Of a stretch of 64,000 bases of DNA, positions 32,298-42,377 are shown in pieces (positions within the stretch are counted from its first letter, which is position 1; each line of letters starts with the position of its first letter). The DNA comes from Opitutales bacterium (GTDB lineage Bacteria; Verrucomicrobiota; Verrucomicrobiia; Opitutales; UBA2987): contig CBDDEL010000017.1 of NCBI GenBank assembly GCA_965226885.1, positions 1 to 64,000 on the forward strand. Reading direction: 5' to 3'. Both the position numbers and the translations under genes were made by a program. Below the pieces are notes generated by a model that made no database searches, was not told the DNA's origin, and worked only from the letters and a program-made list of their open reading frames with translations.

Positions 32298-32858
32298 TTA
32301 TTTCTTCCGGCCGGTCTTTTTCTTAGCAGCTTTTTTCTTGGCGGGAGCTTTCTTTTTAGCAGCCTTTCTGGCGGGAGCCTTCTTTTTGGCTACCTTCTTT
32401 TTAGCTGCCTTTTTCTTGGCCGGGGCTTTCTTTTTTGCAGCCTTCTTAGCTGGGGCCTTTTTACGGGCGGCTTTTTTAGCGGGAGCCTTCTTTTTGGCTA
32501 CCTTCTTTTTAGCTGCCTTTTTCTTGGCCGGGGCTTTCTTTTTTGCAGCCTTCTTAGCTGGGGCCTTTTTACGGGCGGCTTTTTTAGCGGGAGCCTTCTT
32601 TTTGGCTACCTTCTTTTTAGCTGCCTTTTTCTTGGCCGGGGCTTTCTTTTTTGCAGCCTTCTTGGCTGGGGCCTTTTTACGGGCGGCTTTTTTAGCGGGA
32701 GCCTTCTTTTTGGCTACCTTCTTTTTAGCTGCCTTTTTCTTGGCCGGGGCTTTCTTTTTTACAGCCTTTTTGGCTGGGGCCTTTTTACGGGCCGCCGCCT
32801 TTTTCGCTGGGGCTTTTTTCTTGGCTGATTTTTTAGTTGGTGATTTCTTTTTTGCCAT
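32298..32858 (-). CDS. Histone H1-like Lys/Ala-rich DNA-binding protein
   Basis: Almost entirely KKAPAKK-type repeats. Confidence 0.85.
   Translation of the reverse strand: MAKKKSPTKKSAKKKAPAKKAAARKKAPAKKAVKKKAPAKKKAAKKKVAKKKAPAKKAARKKAPAKKAAKKKAPAKKKAAKKKVAKKKAPAKKAARKKAPAKKAAKKKAPAKKKAAKKKVAKKKAPAKKAARKKAPAKKAAKKKAPAKKKAAKKKVAKKKAPARKAAKKKAPAKKKAAKKKTGRKK
32371..32815. repeat. About four tandem 108-bp (36-aa) near-identical repeats within the H1-like gene
   Basis: GGCTACC anchor at 32388, 32496, 32604 and 32712 (period 108). Confidence 0.9.
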
Positions 32859-33495
32859 GATTAACTTACCATTATGTGTTAGGTTTTAGTCAGGAAATGA
32901 CTCCGAAAGAAAAATTAAAATCCGCATACCTTTTATACCTTTTTCTTATACGCTATTGCGAGGTTAGGCTGGTTGGAAAAGTCGTAAAAATTAAAAACGT
33001 CGGCTATACGATTGCAGTTTACGTTTTTATTGAATTCCATTTTCATTCGCATCCACCGGCATCCACCGTTTCTGAAAAATTATGATGGAACTTAACGGTA
33101 TATGAGAAAAATTCAACATAAATTTTCACACTTTTGACTTTTTGATACGGAAGGTTATTTAACGCTTATCTAGCGTTACTGTTTTCCGGTTATGACTTCT
33201 CAATATTATCCCGAATTGAAATTTTCCTTCAGAGAATACTTTCGCCATGCAAACATTCCCAAAAACAATATTTAATTGTTTTGAAGGGAGATGGATAGCT
33301 TTTGATTCTGGCAAAAACTTTACTCCCTTGCAAGATGGGTGGTGTTTGTTTTTGCCGGATGACATAAGTGATTCTTTCCGTATTGTCAGACGATAAATCT
33401 TTACATCGCAGGGCTTAGTTCTTTTGCTGGGCGGCTGGGCGGGATCAGCTGGGCGGGATCAGGAAATATTGTTTCTTTCACAACATCGTTTATTC

Positions 33496-34635
33496 ATGGC
33501 AAGAGTCGTTTTAGAGAATTTGGTTAAAGATTATACCGGCGCTAAAAGTAAAACCGTTCGCGCCGTCAATGAAATCAATCTGGAAATCGTGGATCGCGAA
33601 TTCATGGTTTTGGTGGGGCCTTCGGGTTGTGGAAAATCCACCAGTTTGCGCATGATAGCCGGTCTTGAGGAAGTAACTTCGGGAGCCATCTACATCAATG
33701 ATCGGGTGGTCAACGATGTATTGCCCAAGGACCGCGATATTGCCATGGTTTTTCAAAACTACGCTTTGTATCCGCACATGAGCGTTTATGACAACATGGC
33801 TTTTGGGTTAAAGTTGATGAAGCTTGGCAAAGTGGAAATTCAGCGGCGAGTGGGGGAAGCGGCCCAGATTCTCAATATCGAAGAATTGATGGATCGAAAA
33901 CCCAAAGCTCTCTCCGGCGGCCAGCAACAGAGGGTTGCCGTGGGGCGTGCCATCGTTCGCAAACCCAAAGTATTTCTGTTTGACGAGCCGCTTTCCAATT
34001 TGGACGCGAAAATGAGGGGCTCCATGAGGAAGGAGTTATCCAAATTGCACCAACGGCTCGATTCGACCATGATCTATGTCACCCATGACCAGGTGGAAGC
34101 CATGACCATGGGCGATCGCATCACCGTCATGGATGAGGGTAAAATCATGCAGACGGCGGACCCGCTGACTTTATACAATCATCCCGTAAATATGTTCGTG
34201 GCCGGTTTTATCGGCAGCCCGCCCATGAATTTTCTGCCTGGAATTTTGGAGCAGGAGGGCGAGTATTTGTATTTTTCTGAAAACAATGCGGCGGGTTCCC
34301 CTGTTCGCATAAGACTGACGGATGAATTGGCGCGGGCGGCCACCAGTTACTCAATAAAAGAGGTCGTTTTTGGAATTCGTCCCGAAGATATTAAAGAAAC
34401 TATCAATGGCGACGCCAACGACAGGCATTCGCCGGTAAAAGCCAAACTGGAGGTTGCCGAAACGATGGGTGCGGAGACGCACCTGCACCTGCACACCGGG
34501 GAACATGCTTTTATAGCCAGGATTAATGTCGGCAGGCACTATAAAATAAACGATACGGTGGCGGTTGAATTTAATGTGGGCCGCGGCCATCTATTCGATC
34601 CCGCATCCGGAGAAGTCATCAATAAAGTTTCCTGA
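33496..34635 (+). CDS. MalK/UgpC/MsmX-type sugar ABC ATPase (no adjacent permease)
   Basis: GPSGCGKST, VFQNYALYPHM, LSGGQQQR, C-terminal TOBE domain. Confidence 0.92.
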   Translation: MARVVLENLVKDYTGAKSKTVRAVNEINLEIVDREFMVLVGPSGCGKSTSLRMIAGLEEVTSGAIYINDRVVNDVLPKDRDIAMVFQNYALYPHMSVYDNMAFGLKLMKLGKVEIQRRVGEAAQILNIEELMDRKPKALSGGQQQRVAVGRAIVRKPKVFLFDEPLSNLDAKMRGSMRKELSKLHQRLDSTMIYVTHDQVEAMTMGDRITVMDEGKIMQTADPLTLYNHPVNMFVAGFIGSPPMNFLPGILEQEGEYLYFSENNAAGSPVRIRLTDELARAATSYSIKEVVFGIRPEDIKETINGDANDRHSPVKAKLEVAETMGAETHLHLHTGEHAFIARINVGRHYKINDTVAVEFNVGRGHLFDPASGEVINKVS

Positions 34636-34642
34636 CGACGTT

Positions 34643-35575
34643 TTATTTTAAACCGGTGAAAGCATCCGGCGATACGGCGGGAGTGGCCTCCGCCAGGTAT
34701 TCCGGCAAGAAATGATTCTTTGTAAACTTCTGGCTGAGAGCGGCGGCCGTTACCCTGAACCGGGTTTTGGAACGCGATCGCTCGTCAAAAAAATCGATGG
34801 TCCTGGGAAAGCCCTCATTTCCTATCCTTTTTACGCTGATGATTTTGAAAGATTTCAGGGTTTGGCCTTCCTTGTCCACCAGTTCAGCCTTCAGCCATTG
34901 CCGGCTTTTCTCTTCCAGAAAAATGCGCACAGCGCCCAAGGCCGGATTATGTCTGGCAGTGTTTTGAGGTGGATACATGAGAAAAACGAATAAAGTTCGT
35001 CCCAGTTTTTTGGTTTTCCCTTCGAATGCATAATCAGTCCAGTATATGAATGGCATTTGCAAATCGAAAGGGGTGACGATTAGCCCGGGCAATAGCGGCT
35101 CAAACAATTCTTCACCTGACAACTCCCGGGCCGATGCGGGCGTATTATTTGCCAGTCGCCAGATTTTCGGTTGGTTGCCGTTATGCACCAGCAGGGCCAG
35201 GGAATCCCCGTTTTCATTTCCATTTCCGGGTAGGATGATCTTGGTCTGCGCCCCGGAGGCATTCCAGGTTCCCCACAGTTGTCCTTTGTAGGTTGTAGTG
35301 GTTCCTCTCCGGGGCATGTGCCGCAATTCGAATTTGAAGCTGTAATCGCCGCCCAGTCTCTGCTCGCGAAAATCATCCAGGACTTTCTCCGCCGCAAGAA
35401 GATCTAATTGGCCATCCTGGGAAATATGTGGCTGTGGCGGCAATTTTTGATCTGCCCCCCAAAGCCCGCAGGTCTGCATTTGCATGAGCATGAGAACCAG
35501 CAGGAGCCTACGCCCCACACGCTTGGGAATTAACCCACCTTTCTGGGGGGAACCTGAATCAGTTCTGGTCGGGAC
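34643..35575 (-). CDS. Outer-membrane lipoprotein-sorting (LolA-like) protein; start uncertain
   Basis: Hydrophobic N-terminal segment, TPFDLQMPF, beta-rich C-terminus; follows secG. Confidence 0.55.
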   Translation of the reverse strand, partial: VPTRTDSGSPQKGGLIPKRVGRRLLLVLMLMQMQTCGLWGADQKLPPQPHISQDGQLDLLAAEKVLDDFREQRLGGDYSFKFELRHMPRRGTTTTYKGQLWGTWNASGAQTKIILPGNGNENGDSLALLVHNGNQPKIWRLANNTPASARELSGEELFEPLLPGLIVTPFDLQMPFIYWTDYAFEGKTKKLGRTLFVFLMYPPQNTARHNPALGAVRIFLEEKSRQWLKAELVDKEGQTLKSFKIISVKRIGNEGFPRTIDFFDERSRSKTRFRVTAAALSQKFTKNHFLPEYLAEATPAVSPDAFTGLK

Positions 35576-35990
35576 CATCCGTTTCGGATTCCCCTGATTC
35601 GGCGTTTTCTTCTTCCAGTTCGAGGCTTTGAGTAAAAGCGGGCACACTCAATTCATCGCCTGAATTTTCGACTGGCAGGGAAGTGGCTGGCGTTGTCTCG
35701 GAGATGCTGGATGGTAATCTGCCATCTTCGACCTGCGGCCCGCCCGCATTTGAAATGTATCCCAGATACAATCCGAAACTGATGAGGAAAAAGGCCACCG
35801 CTGCGAAGTAGGTCCATTTTTTGAGCATGCCACCGGCATCGGCACCGAAGGTGGACTCGGCAATGCCTCCGCCAAAGGCCGTGCCCAGCCCGGCGTTGGT
35901 GCTGGCTCTTTGTAAAAGGACCATAAAAATCAGGAACACGCTGACCAATATTAAGATGAGAGTAAAAAATGCTGAAATGATGCTGCCCAT
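35559..35990 (-). CDS. secG: Preprotein translocase subunit SecG
   Basis: VLLQR...GLGTAFGGG between two TM helices. Confidence 0.88.
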   Translation of the reverse strand: MGSIISAFFTLILILVSVFLIFMVLLQRASTNAGLGTAFGGGIAESTFGADAGGMLKKWTYFAAVAFFLISFGLYLGYISNAGGPQVEDGRLPSSISETTPATSLPVENSGDELSVPAFTQSLELEEENAESGESETDGPDQN

Positions 35991-36112
35991 ATTTTCGTTC
36001 GGGTTTAGGTGGGTAGATTAACTATGAATGAGAGGCGAAAATGCAAATATGATGGCAAGAATCAAGAAATTAATGAATGGATTTTTGATATCGGCACTGC
36101 TGAAATTTAATA

Positions 36113-37054
36113 TCAGGCGTTGATTCCCAGTTTTTCCAGAATCCGCTGCAAGTCGTCGTTGCCGTAATACTCGATCACGATGCGGCCTTTTTTAGGCGTG
36201 TGGTGAACTCTGACCTTGGTGCTGAATTGAAGTTCCAGTTGATTTTCCACTGCCTTCAGAGCCGTGGATTCCGATGCCGGTCTTTGCTTGGGGCCGGAAA
36301 GCTTTTTACCCTCGCGATAACGGCGGGTTACGCGTTCCAGTTCGCGCACGCTGAGTCCGGCTTCTATTATGCGGCGCGCGATGAGCAATCGTTGGGCGTC
36401 GTCTTCGATGCCTAGCAGCACCTTGGCGTGGCCAACGGATAAGAGATTCTTGCTCAAGTAGCCCAGGATTTCTCTTTCCAGTTGTAAAAGACGCAGGGAA
36501 TTGGCGATCGTTGCCCGGCCTTTGCCGACGCGTTCGGAGACGCCTTCCTGGGTCAGGTCGAAGTCTCGAATGAGGCTGGCATAACCGCGGGCCTCCTCAA
36601 TCGGGTTGAGTCCCTCGCGCTGCAAATTCTCAATCAGGGACATGGCGGCGCTGGAGGCGTCGCTGGCCACCACTATGCGGGCGTGGATTTTTTTCAGTTT
36701 CAGTTCCTGACAGGCCCGGAAACGGCGCTCTCCGGCAATAATCTGAAACTCGCCGCCAACTTCCCGCACCACGATCGGTTGCAGGAGGCCTTCGGAGCGA
36801 ATGCTTTCGGCCAGTTCGCTTACCTGTCCTGGATCGATTTCACTCCTCGGTTGATAGGGATTGGGGGTGATTCGATTAACGGGAATTTCCCTGAATTCCC
36901 CCGTGGCCGAAAAATCCTCACCGCTTGCGGGTGGGGTTTTTTTATTTATGGGTGAAATATTGCCGACAGAATCGGCGCCCTTTCCGGATTTTGAAACGCC
37001 TGCGGATATCAGGCCGACCAATCCTCTGCCCAAACGTTTTTTTGTCTTTGCCAT
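36113..37054 (-). CDS. parB: ParB/Spo0J partition protein
   Basis: RLGRGL, NPYQPR, IIAGERR, ENLQRE. Confidence 0.93.
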   Translation of the reverse strand: MAKTKKRLGRGLVGLISAGVSKSGKGADSVGNISPINKKTPPASGEDFSATGEFREIPVNRITPNPYQPRSEIDPGQVSELAESIRSEGLLQPIVVREVGGEFQIIAGERRFRACQELKLKKIHARIVVASDASSAAMSLIENLQREGLNPIEEARGYASLIRDFDLTQEGVSERVGKGRATIANSLRLLQLEREILGYLSKNLLSVGHAKVLLGIEDDAQRLLIARRIIEAGLSVRELERVTRRYREGKKLSGPKQRPASESTALKAVENQLELQFSTKVRVHHTPKKGRIVIEYYGNDDLQRILEKLGINA

Positions 37055-37157
37055 AGAAAAGAAAATTTGGATGCTGGATAGGGGAGAGTGGTGTCAGGTG
37101 TTAGGTGGGAGATTTGCTGGATGTTGGATGGAGGATGTGGTTTTATGAAACATTAGG

Positions 37158-37811
37158 TTAATTGCGCGATTGGGGAACGAAAATGGTCTGGCCTGCTTTC
37201 AGGTCTTTGGGATCGGCGATTTTGTTGGCATTCTGGATATCCGCCACGGTGGAATGGAATTTTTTTGCGATGGCCGATAAGGTGTCTCCGCTTTCCACCG
37301 TATAGGCAACCCCTTCTTTCGGATAATCTTGGGAAAAAGACTGGGCCAGGTTGATTTGTGGTTTTGCCGCCACCGATTCGGCCAGAGCTTTCATGGCTTC
37401 CTGAGTTTGCATGGCCAGCCGCTCCATCTGGCTGCTCACTTCGCGGATAATATGGGATTTTTCCGCATCCAGGCGGGTGCTCAATTCCTGGCTGACGGCG
37501 GCCAAACGGCTATTCAACTCGACCGCGGTGGCAAATTGGGAGAGGCTTTTATTCTGCTCCTCCAGTCTCGTCCGGAGGAGAGTTCGCAATTCCCTGTTTT
37601 CCCTCGAAAGCCTTTCCAATTGCAGATTTAACCTGGCCACTTGTTGGCCTAGGTGGGCCACATCCTCCTTCATGTTGGCCAGTTCAATCCTGTCGTTATT
37701 TATGTTTTTGGATGAACTTTTCAGCAATGCCGGATACGCCGGATGAATTAAAAAAAGCATCCCCGCCAGAGACAGGATGAAAGTTAAATTTTTTCTTTTT
37801 GCACTGAACAT
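37158..37811 (-). CDS. Secreted coiled-coil protein with C-terminal LysM domain
   Basis: YTVESGDTLSAIAKKF...LKAGQTIFVP. Confidence 0.85.
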   Translation of the reverse strand: MFSAKRKNLTFILSLAGMLFLIHPAYPALLKSSSKNINNDRIELANMKEDVAHLGQQVARLNLQLERLSRENRELRTLLRTRLEEQNKSLSQFATAVELNSRLAAVSQELSTRLDAEKSHIIREVSSQMERLAMQTQEAMKALAESVAAKPQINLAQSFSQDYPKEGVAYTVESGDTLSAIAKKFHSTVADIQNANKIADPKDLKAGQTIFVPQSRN

Positions 37812-37886
37812 TTGCCTGCCCTTGAGATGCTTTTAAAGGTAAACTTTCTCCATCCAAGAATGTCAAATGATTCGTCCGATTGGGGC

Positions 37887-38885
37887 CTATTTTTTACGCA
37901 TGAGGAAAGGTTTTGAAGAACTCAGAGGCAGCATCTCTCCGTTTGCGAGCATAGTTCCAGCAGAAATGGGGAAACCTCTGAGGAATTCTTCTGCCGGAAG
38001 CGTTCTTCCCCCCGGCCGCTGTAATGTCAAAATACGCAAAACGCCCTTTCCGGTGGCGACTGCGAGGGTTTTGTCCCCTCCATCAACGACTTCGCCCGGT
38101 TTGCCACCTGTAGCTCCCTCTAGTAAATCTGCCTGGCCTATTTTAATTCGCATCCTTTCGTATTCAAAGTAGCAGCCGGGCCAAGGCTGCAAAGCCCTTA
38201 TGCGGTCAACCAATTCATCCGCCGATTTCCGGAAATCGAGGTGTCCGTCGCTTTTCCCCAATAACCTTGTGTAGGATGCCCGGTTGGAATCCTGTTTATT
38301 AAATACGGCCTTTCTTTCCAGAATGGCGGGCAGGCATTGGTGGATTAAGGGAACACAGGCCAGGCCCAGTTTTTCCCGCAAGTGGGCGGAGGTATCGTGG
38401 GGATTGATGGGGACTTTTTTGCAGTCCAGGGTGGGCCCGGCATCCACCTTGGACGCCATTTGCATGAGGGTGACGCCGGTTTCTTTTTCGCCATTGGCAA
38501 TGGCGGCCTCAATGGGAGCGGGGCCCCGGTAGGCGGGCAGGATCGAGGTGTGCAGGTTTAATGCGCCCAATGGCGGCAAATCGAGAACTTCCTGCTTGAG
38601 AATGTGCCCATAAGACATCACCAGCAGAAGATCACAGCCGGTATTTTTCAGCCATTGGAGGTCGGTAGAGTCAATTCTGCCGGGTTGCCGGATGGTAATT
38701 CCCTGTTTTTGAGCCCAAAGTTTTATGGGGTTCGGTTTCAGCTTTAATCCGCGCCCCGAAGGTTTGTCCGTCCCCGTGAAAATGCCAGTCAGGCGCACTT
38801 TTTCACTTTGGCGGTAAAGGAGGTCCTCTAAAAGGGGAAGGGCGATGGACTCGGAGCCCATAAAGACTGTTTTGGCCGGTTCCAT
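37887..38885 (-). CDS. fmt: Methionyl-tRNA formyltransferase
   Basis: VFMGS, NLHTSILP.YRGPAPI, PWPG. Confidence 0.92.
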   Translation of the reverse strand: MEPAKTVFMGSESIALPLLEDLLYRQSEKVRLTGIFTGTDKPSGRGLKLKPNPIKLWAQKQGITIRQPGRIDSTDLQWLKNTGCDLLLVMSYGHILKQEVLDLPPLGALNLHTSILPAYRGPAPIEAAIANGEKETGVTLMQMASKVDAGPTLDCKKVPINPHDTSAHLREKLGLACVPLIHQCLPAILERKAVFNKQDSNRASYTRLLGKSDGHLDFRKSADELVDRIRALQPWPGCYFEYERMRIKIGQADLLEGATGGKPGEVVDGGDKTLAVATGKGVLRILTLQRPGGRTLPAEEFLRGFPISAGTMLANGEMLPLSSSKPFLMRKK

Positions 38886-38897
38886 GCGTAAAGAATG

Positions 38898-40331
38898 CTA
38901 CCTCTTGCGGTCAAATTCTTTTTTGATAACCTGGGGCTGGTAAAAGTCCTTGGAACGTTTCGGTTTTTCAGCCAACTGGAAACGCACCGGACAGCCTTTA
39001 AGGTTGAATTCGGTATGGAACCCTTTTTCCAGGTAGCGGCGGTAGCGGTCGTCAAGCTTGGCCGCCTGATTGCAGAAAAGCCGGATATGAAAAGGGCGCG
39101 AACCGGTTTGCACGGCGTAATAGATTTTGAAACGCTTGCCTTTGGTGAGGGGCGGGCTTTGCCGTTCGATCAGCCTGGCTATGAGGCGGTTGACTTTGGG
39201 AGTGGAAAGTTGGGTCGATTGAATTCCGTCCAGTTCCTTGCCACAATGGAGGATTTTGCTGATGGAAAAGCCTTTCAAGGCGGAGACGAAAATTATTGGA
39301 CTGTCCGGCAAAAAGAATAATTCTTTGTAAATGGCCTCGACGTATTGTTGGCGAAAATCTTTTTCGTTTTCGTAGCCTTTGATCGATTCGCGTCGAAACG
39401 AATCCAGTGCCAGGTCCCATTTGTTGACCACCACGGCGAGTGTTTTCCCCGACTTGACGATGTGCCCGGCGAGCGACTTGTCCTGCTTGGTCACTCCGCT
39501 CAGGGCGTCGAGCACGAGAAAAACGACATCCGCCCGATCAATGGCACCCTCGGAGCGCAAGGCGGAGAAAAATTCCACCGATGAACTCATTTTTCCGCGT
39601 TTGCGCACTCCCGCCGTATCCATGAGGCGAAATTGCCAGAGGTCGCCGTCCTTAGATTTATAATCCATATCCAGGGAAACCGAATCGCGGGTGGTCCCCG
39701 GTACTTCCGTCACCACCAGCCGGTTGGATTTAAAGAGCCGATTGCAAATGGACGATTTTCCCACATTGGGGCGGCCCGCGAAGCAAATTTTAGTGCGATT
39801 TTCCTCCGACTCTTCCGGCTCCGGCGGTTTCGGCCCGAGCATCTCATCGATGGTTGCGCGCAAATCATAAGCGCCGCGGCCATGCTCAGCCGAAACCAGG
39901 TGCGATCGGGCAAAGCCGAGTTTGTCAAAATCCGCACCGAGGGTCTCCTGGCGGTCGGTGTCGATTTTATTGATGACCAGAACGGGATCTTTGCCATAAC
40001 GGCGCAATTTTTCCGCCACCATTTCATCCATCGGGGTGCAGCCCTCCCGGCCATCCACCATGAAAAGAATGATAGTGGCCGCCTGGATGGCAAAGATCAC
40101 CTGATCCTCCACCGCCTGGGTGATTACCTCCTTGCCCTCGCCCGCGTCGAGCCCGATGCCCCCCGTGTCCATGAGGATGAAATCGCCGTCCACCTCGGTC
40201 GTGTTGACGTCCCGGGTGACTCCCGGTTGGTCGTGTACGATGGCGATGCGCCGCCCAGCGAGGCGATTAAAGAGTCGGCTTTTGCCCACATTGGGGCGGC
40301 CCACCAGGGCTACACTGCGATTATTATTCAT
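38898..40331 (-). CDS. der: Ribosome biogenesis GTPase Der/EngA
   Basis: Two GRPNVGKS G-domains, GVTRD / GTTRD. Confidence 0.95.
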   Translation of the reverse strand: MNNNRSVALVGRPNVGKSRLFNRLAGRRIAIVHDQPGVTRDVNTTEVDGDFILMDTGGIGLDAGEGKEVITQAVEDQVIFAIQAATIILFMVDGREGCTPMDEMVAEKLRRYGKDPVLVINKIDTDRQETLGADFDKLGFARSHLVSAEHGRGAYDLRATIDEMLGPKPPEPEESEENRTKICFAGRPNVGKSSICNRLFKSNRLVVTEVPGTTRDSVSLDMDYKSKDGDLWQFRLMDTAGVRKRGKMSSSVEFFSALRSEGAIDRADVVFLVLDALSGVTKQDKSLAGHIVKSGKTLAVVVNKWDLALDSFRRESIKGYENEKDFRQQYVEAIYKELFFLPDSPIIFVSALKGFSISKILHCGKELDGIQSTQLSTPKVNRLIARLIERQSPPLTKGKRFKIYYAVQTGSRPFHIRLFCNQAAKLDDRYRRYLEKGFHTEFNLKGCPVRFQLAEKPKRSKDFYQPQVIKKEFDRKR

Positions 40332-41508
40332 TGCTTGATTTTAAATTCTCTAAAAACTTTTCGATTCGATTAAGGGCCTCAATGAGCCGTTCATAAGCGG
40401 TGGCGAAACTGGCCCTGACGAATCCATGGCCGCTCGGTCCGAAGGCTGTGCCTGGCACCACCGCCACTTTTTGCTCTTCCAGCAACCGACGGCAGAATTG
40501 ATCGTCGGTCAAACCGGAGGAGCGGATATCGGGAAAAGCATAAAAAGTTCCTTTTGGCAAATGGCAAGGCAAACCCAGCTCATTAAACCGACGGACAACG
40601 TAATCGCGCCGGCGGAGGTATTGGGCGCGCATTCCCGCGACCGCTTCTTCGCCGTGCCGCAGGGCCTCCAGAGCCGCCTCCTGGCTGACGATGGGCGCGC
40701 AGAGCATCCCGTATTGATGGACTTTCGTGACGGCTTCGATAAGGGCCGCGGGTCCGCAGGCGAATCCGATGCGAAATCCCGTCATGGCGAAAGCCTTCGA
40801 GACCCCGTGCAAAAAGAGGGTGCGCTCTTTCATTCCCGGCAGGGCGGCGATGCTCCGGTGTTTTTCACCATAGGTTAGTTCGGCGTAGATTTCATCGGTA
40901 ATGACCAATAAATCCTTTTCCACGGCAAACCGGCCGATGCCTTGCATGGATTCAGGGTCGAGAACGCCTCCCGTGGGATTGGTGGGGAAGTTGAGGACCA
41001 GCGCCTTGCAACCCGGTTGCCAGGCCTCGGCCAGTTTTTTGGGGTTGAGAGAAAAATTATCCTCAGCCGAAGTGGGAATGGGAACGCCTTCGCCGTGGGC
41101 GAGCTGTACGCAGGGGAGGTAGGCCACATAGCAGGGCTCGTGGTAAAGCACTTTGTCCCCCGGATCAATAATAGCCCGCAGGGCCGCGTCGAGCCCCTCG
41201 GACACTCCCGTGGTGACGACGATTTCATTTTCCGGATGATAACTGAGGCCGAAATGTTCCTCCACATAGGTGGAAATGGCCCGCCTCAACTGGATCAAGC
41301 CGAGGTTGTCCGTATAGCTTGTTTTACCGCGCTCAAGGGCAAAAATGGCCGCCTCGCGGATTCGCCAGGGAGTATGGAAATCAGGCTCCCCGATTCCCAG
41401 GGAGATCGCTTCCGGCATTTTCGAGACGATGGAGAAAAATTCCCGAATGCCCGAGCGGGGCAGGCTTTGGATATGCCTGGCCACAAAGCGGGAGGTGTCT
41501 TCGCTCAT
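40324..41508 (-). CDS. Class I/II aminotransferase (YugH-like)
   Basis: SGIREFF, GEPDF, SKAFAMTGFRIG; paired with an Lrp regulator. Confidence 0.88.
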   Translation of the reverse strand: MSEDTSRFVARHIQSLPRSGIREFFSIVSKMPEAISLGIGEPDFHTPWRIREAAIFALERGKTSYTDNLGLIQLRRAISTYVEEHFGLSYHPENEIVVTTGVSEGLDAALRAIIDPGDKVLYHEPCYVAYLPCVQLAHGEGVPIPTSAEDNFSLNPKKLAEAWQPGCKALVLNFPTNPTGGVLDPESMQGIGRFAVEKDLLVITDEIYAELTYGEKHRSIAALPGMKERTLFLHGVSKAFAMTGFRIGFACGPAALIEAVTKVHQYGMLCAPIVSQEAALEALRHGEEAVAGMRAQYLRRRDYVVRRFNELGLPCHLPKGTFYAFPDIRSSGLTDDQFCRRLLEEQKVAVVPGTAFGPSGHGFVRASFATAYERLIEALNRIEKFLENLKSSNE

Positions 41509-41513
41509 GTTTC

Positions 41514-41996
41514 TCAGGGGCTGACAGGCGGTTTATCGGGGTCGCCGCGTTCCCCTCCCAGATAATAGCCCTGTTCCTTGTAAGCGCGCAGCAGGAAATG
41601 CGTGACGGTTGAGAGGACTCCCTCGATAGTGGCCAGTTTCTCCGAGACGAAAGCGGCCACATCATGCAGGTTGGTCCCACTTACAACGCAGAGTAAATCG
41701 TAACCTCCAGACATGAGGTAGCAGGTCTCCACTTCGTCGAAACGACTGATTCTTTCACCCATACGATCGAACCCACCCTCGCGCTCCGGCGATATTTTGA
41801 CTTCGATGAGGGCGCGAACGCAGTCGCCGGCATCAACGTTGGGATGCAGCACTGGGCGCCAACCGAGCAGGATATTTTCCGCCTTAAGTTTTTCCAGCTC
41901 GGCCTCCACTTCAGCCGTGTCTATGCCCAGAATTTCGGACATCTGGCCGGTGGAAAGGTTTTCTCCTTCGAGCAGGAGTTTGAGCAAATTGTTCAT
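41514..41996 (-). CDS. Lrp/AsnC family regulator (YugG-like)
   Basis: N-terminal HTH, YLMSGGYDL, THFLL..YK. Confidence 0.88.
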   Translation of the reverse strand: MNNLLKLLLEGENLSTGQMSEILGIDTAEVEAELEKLKAENILLGWRPVLHPNVDAGDCVRALIEVKISPEREGGFDRMGERISRFDEVETCYLMSGGYDLLCVVSGTNLHDVAAFVSEKLATIEGVLSTVTHFLLRAYKEQGYYLGGERGDPDKPPVSP

Positions 41997-42377
41997 GAAT
42001 TCAGTCGGGAGCTGATTAACATTAATGTTTTTATAAATTTATAGCTAAAATATCGCATTGTAATTGACAACTAATAACAGCGAATACCATTTCGCAAACA
42101 ATTCCTGGAACCGCTTTATAGGTATTATCATCGAAGTGCATGAGTAGGTATTTTCCATATGGCCCGTTCCCATCCGAGACTTTCTTCCATCCTTTCGACA
42201 GATAAAAATCTATAGCTTTAATATTCTGTTGCACGCATTTCAGAGCTGCGGGCCGTCCAATATTATTGAGACTTTCGTTGAGCAATGCCGAGCCGATGCC
42301 CTGACCTATGACTTTGACGTGTACTGGATTTGTTGGACACGGGATTCTCTTATATTCATTGTTTATTGATTAGTGTG

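Noticed and set aside
32371..32815. CRISPR-like periodicity
   Set aside because: Contiguous coding tandem repeats with no unique spacers and no cas genes
32221..32889. 222-aa Phe/Leu/Ala-rich ORF on the + strand
   Set aside because: Antisense shadow of the Lys/Ala repeat gene
33049..33462. Short direct repeats GCATCCACCG x2 and GCTGGGCGGGATCA x2
   Set aside because: Only two copies each, consistent with slippage; no supporting structure
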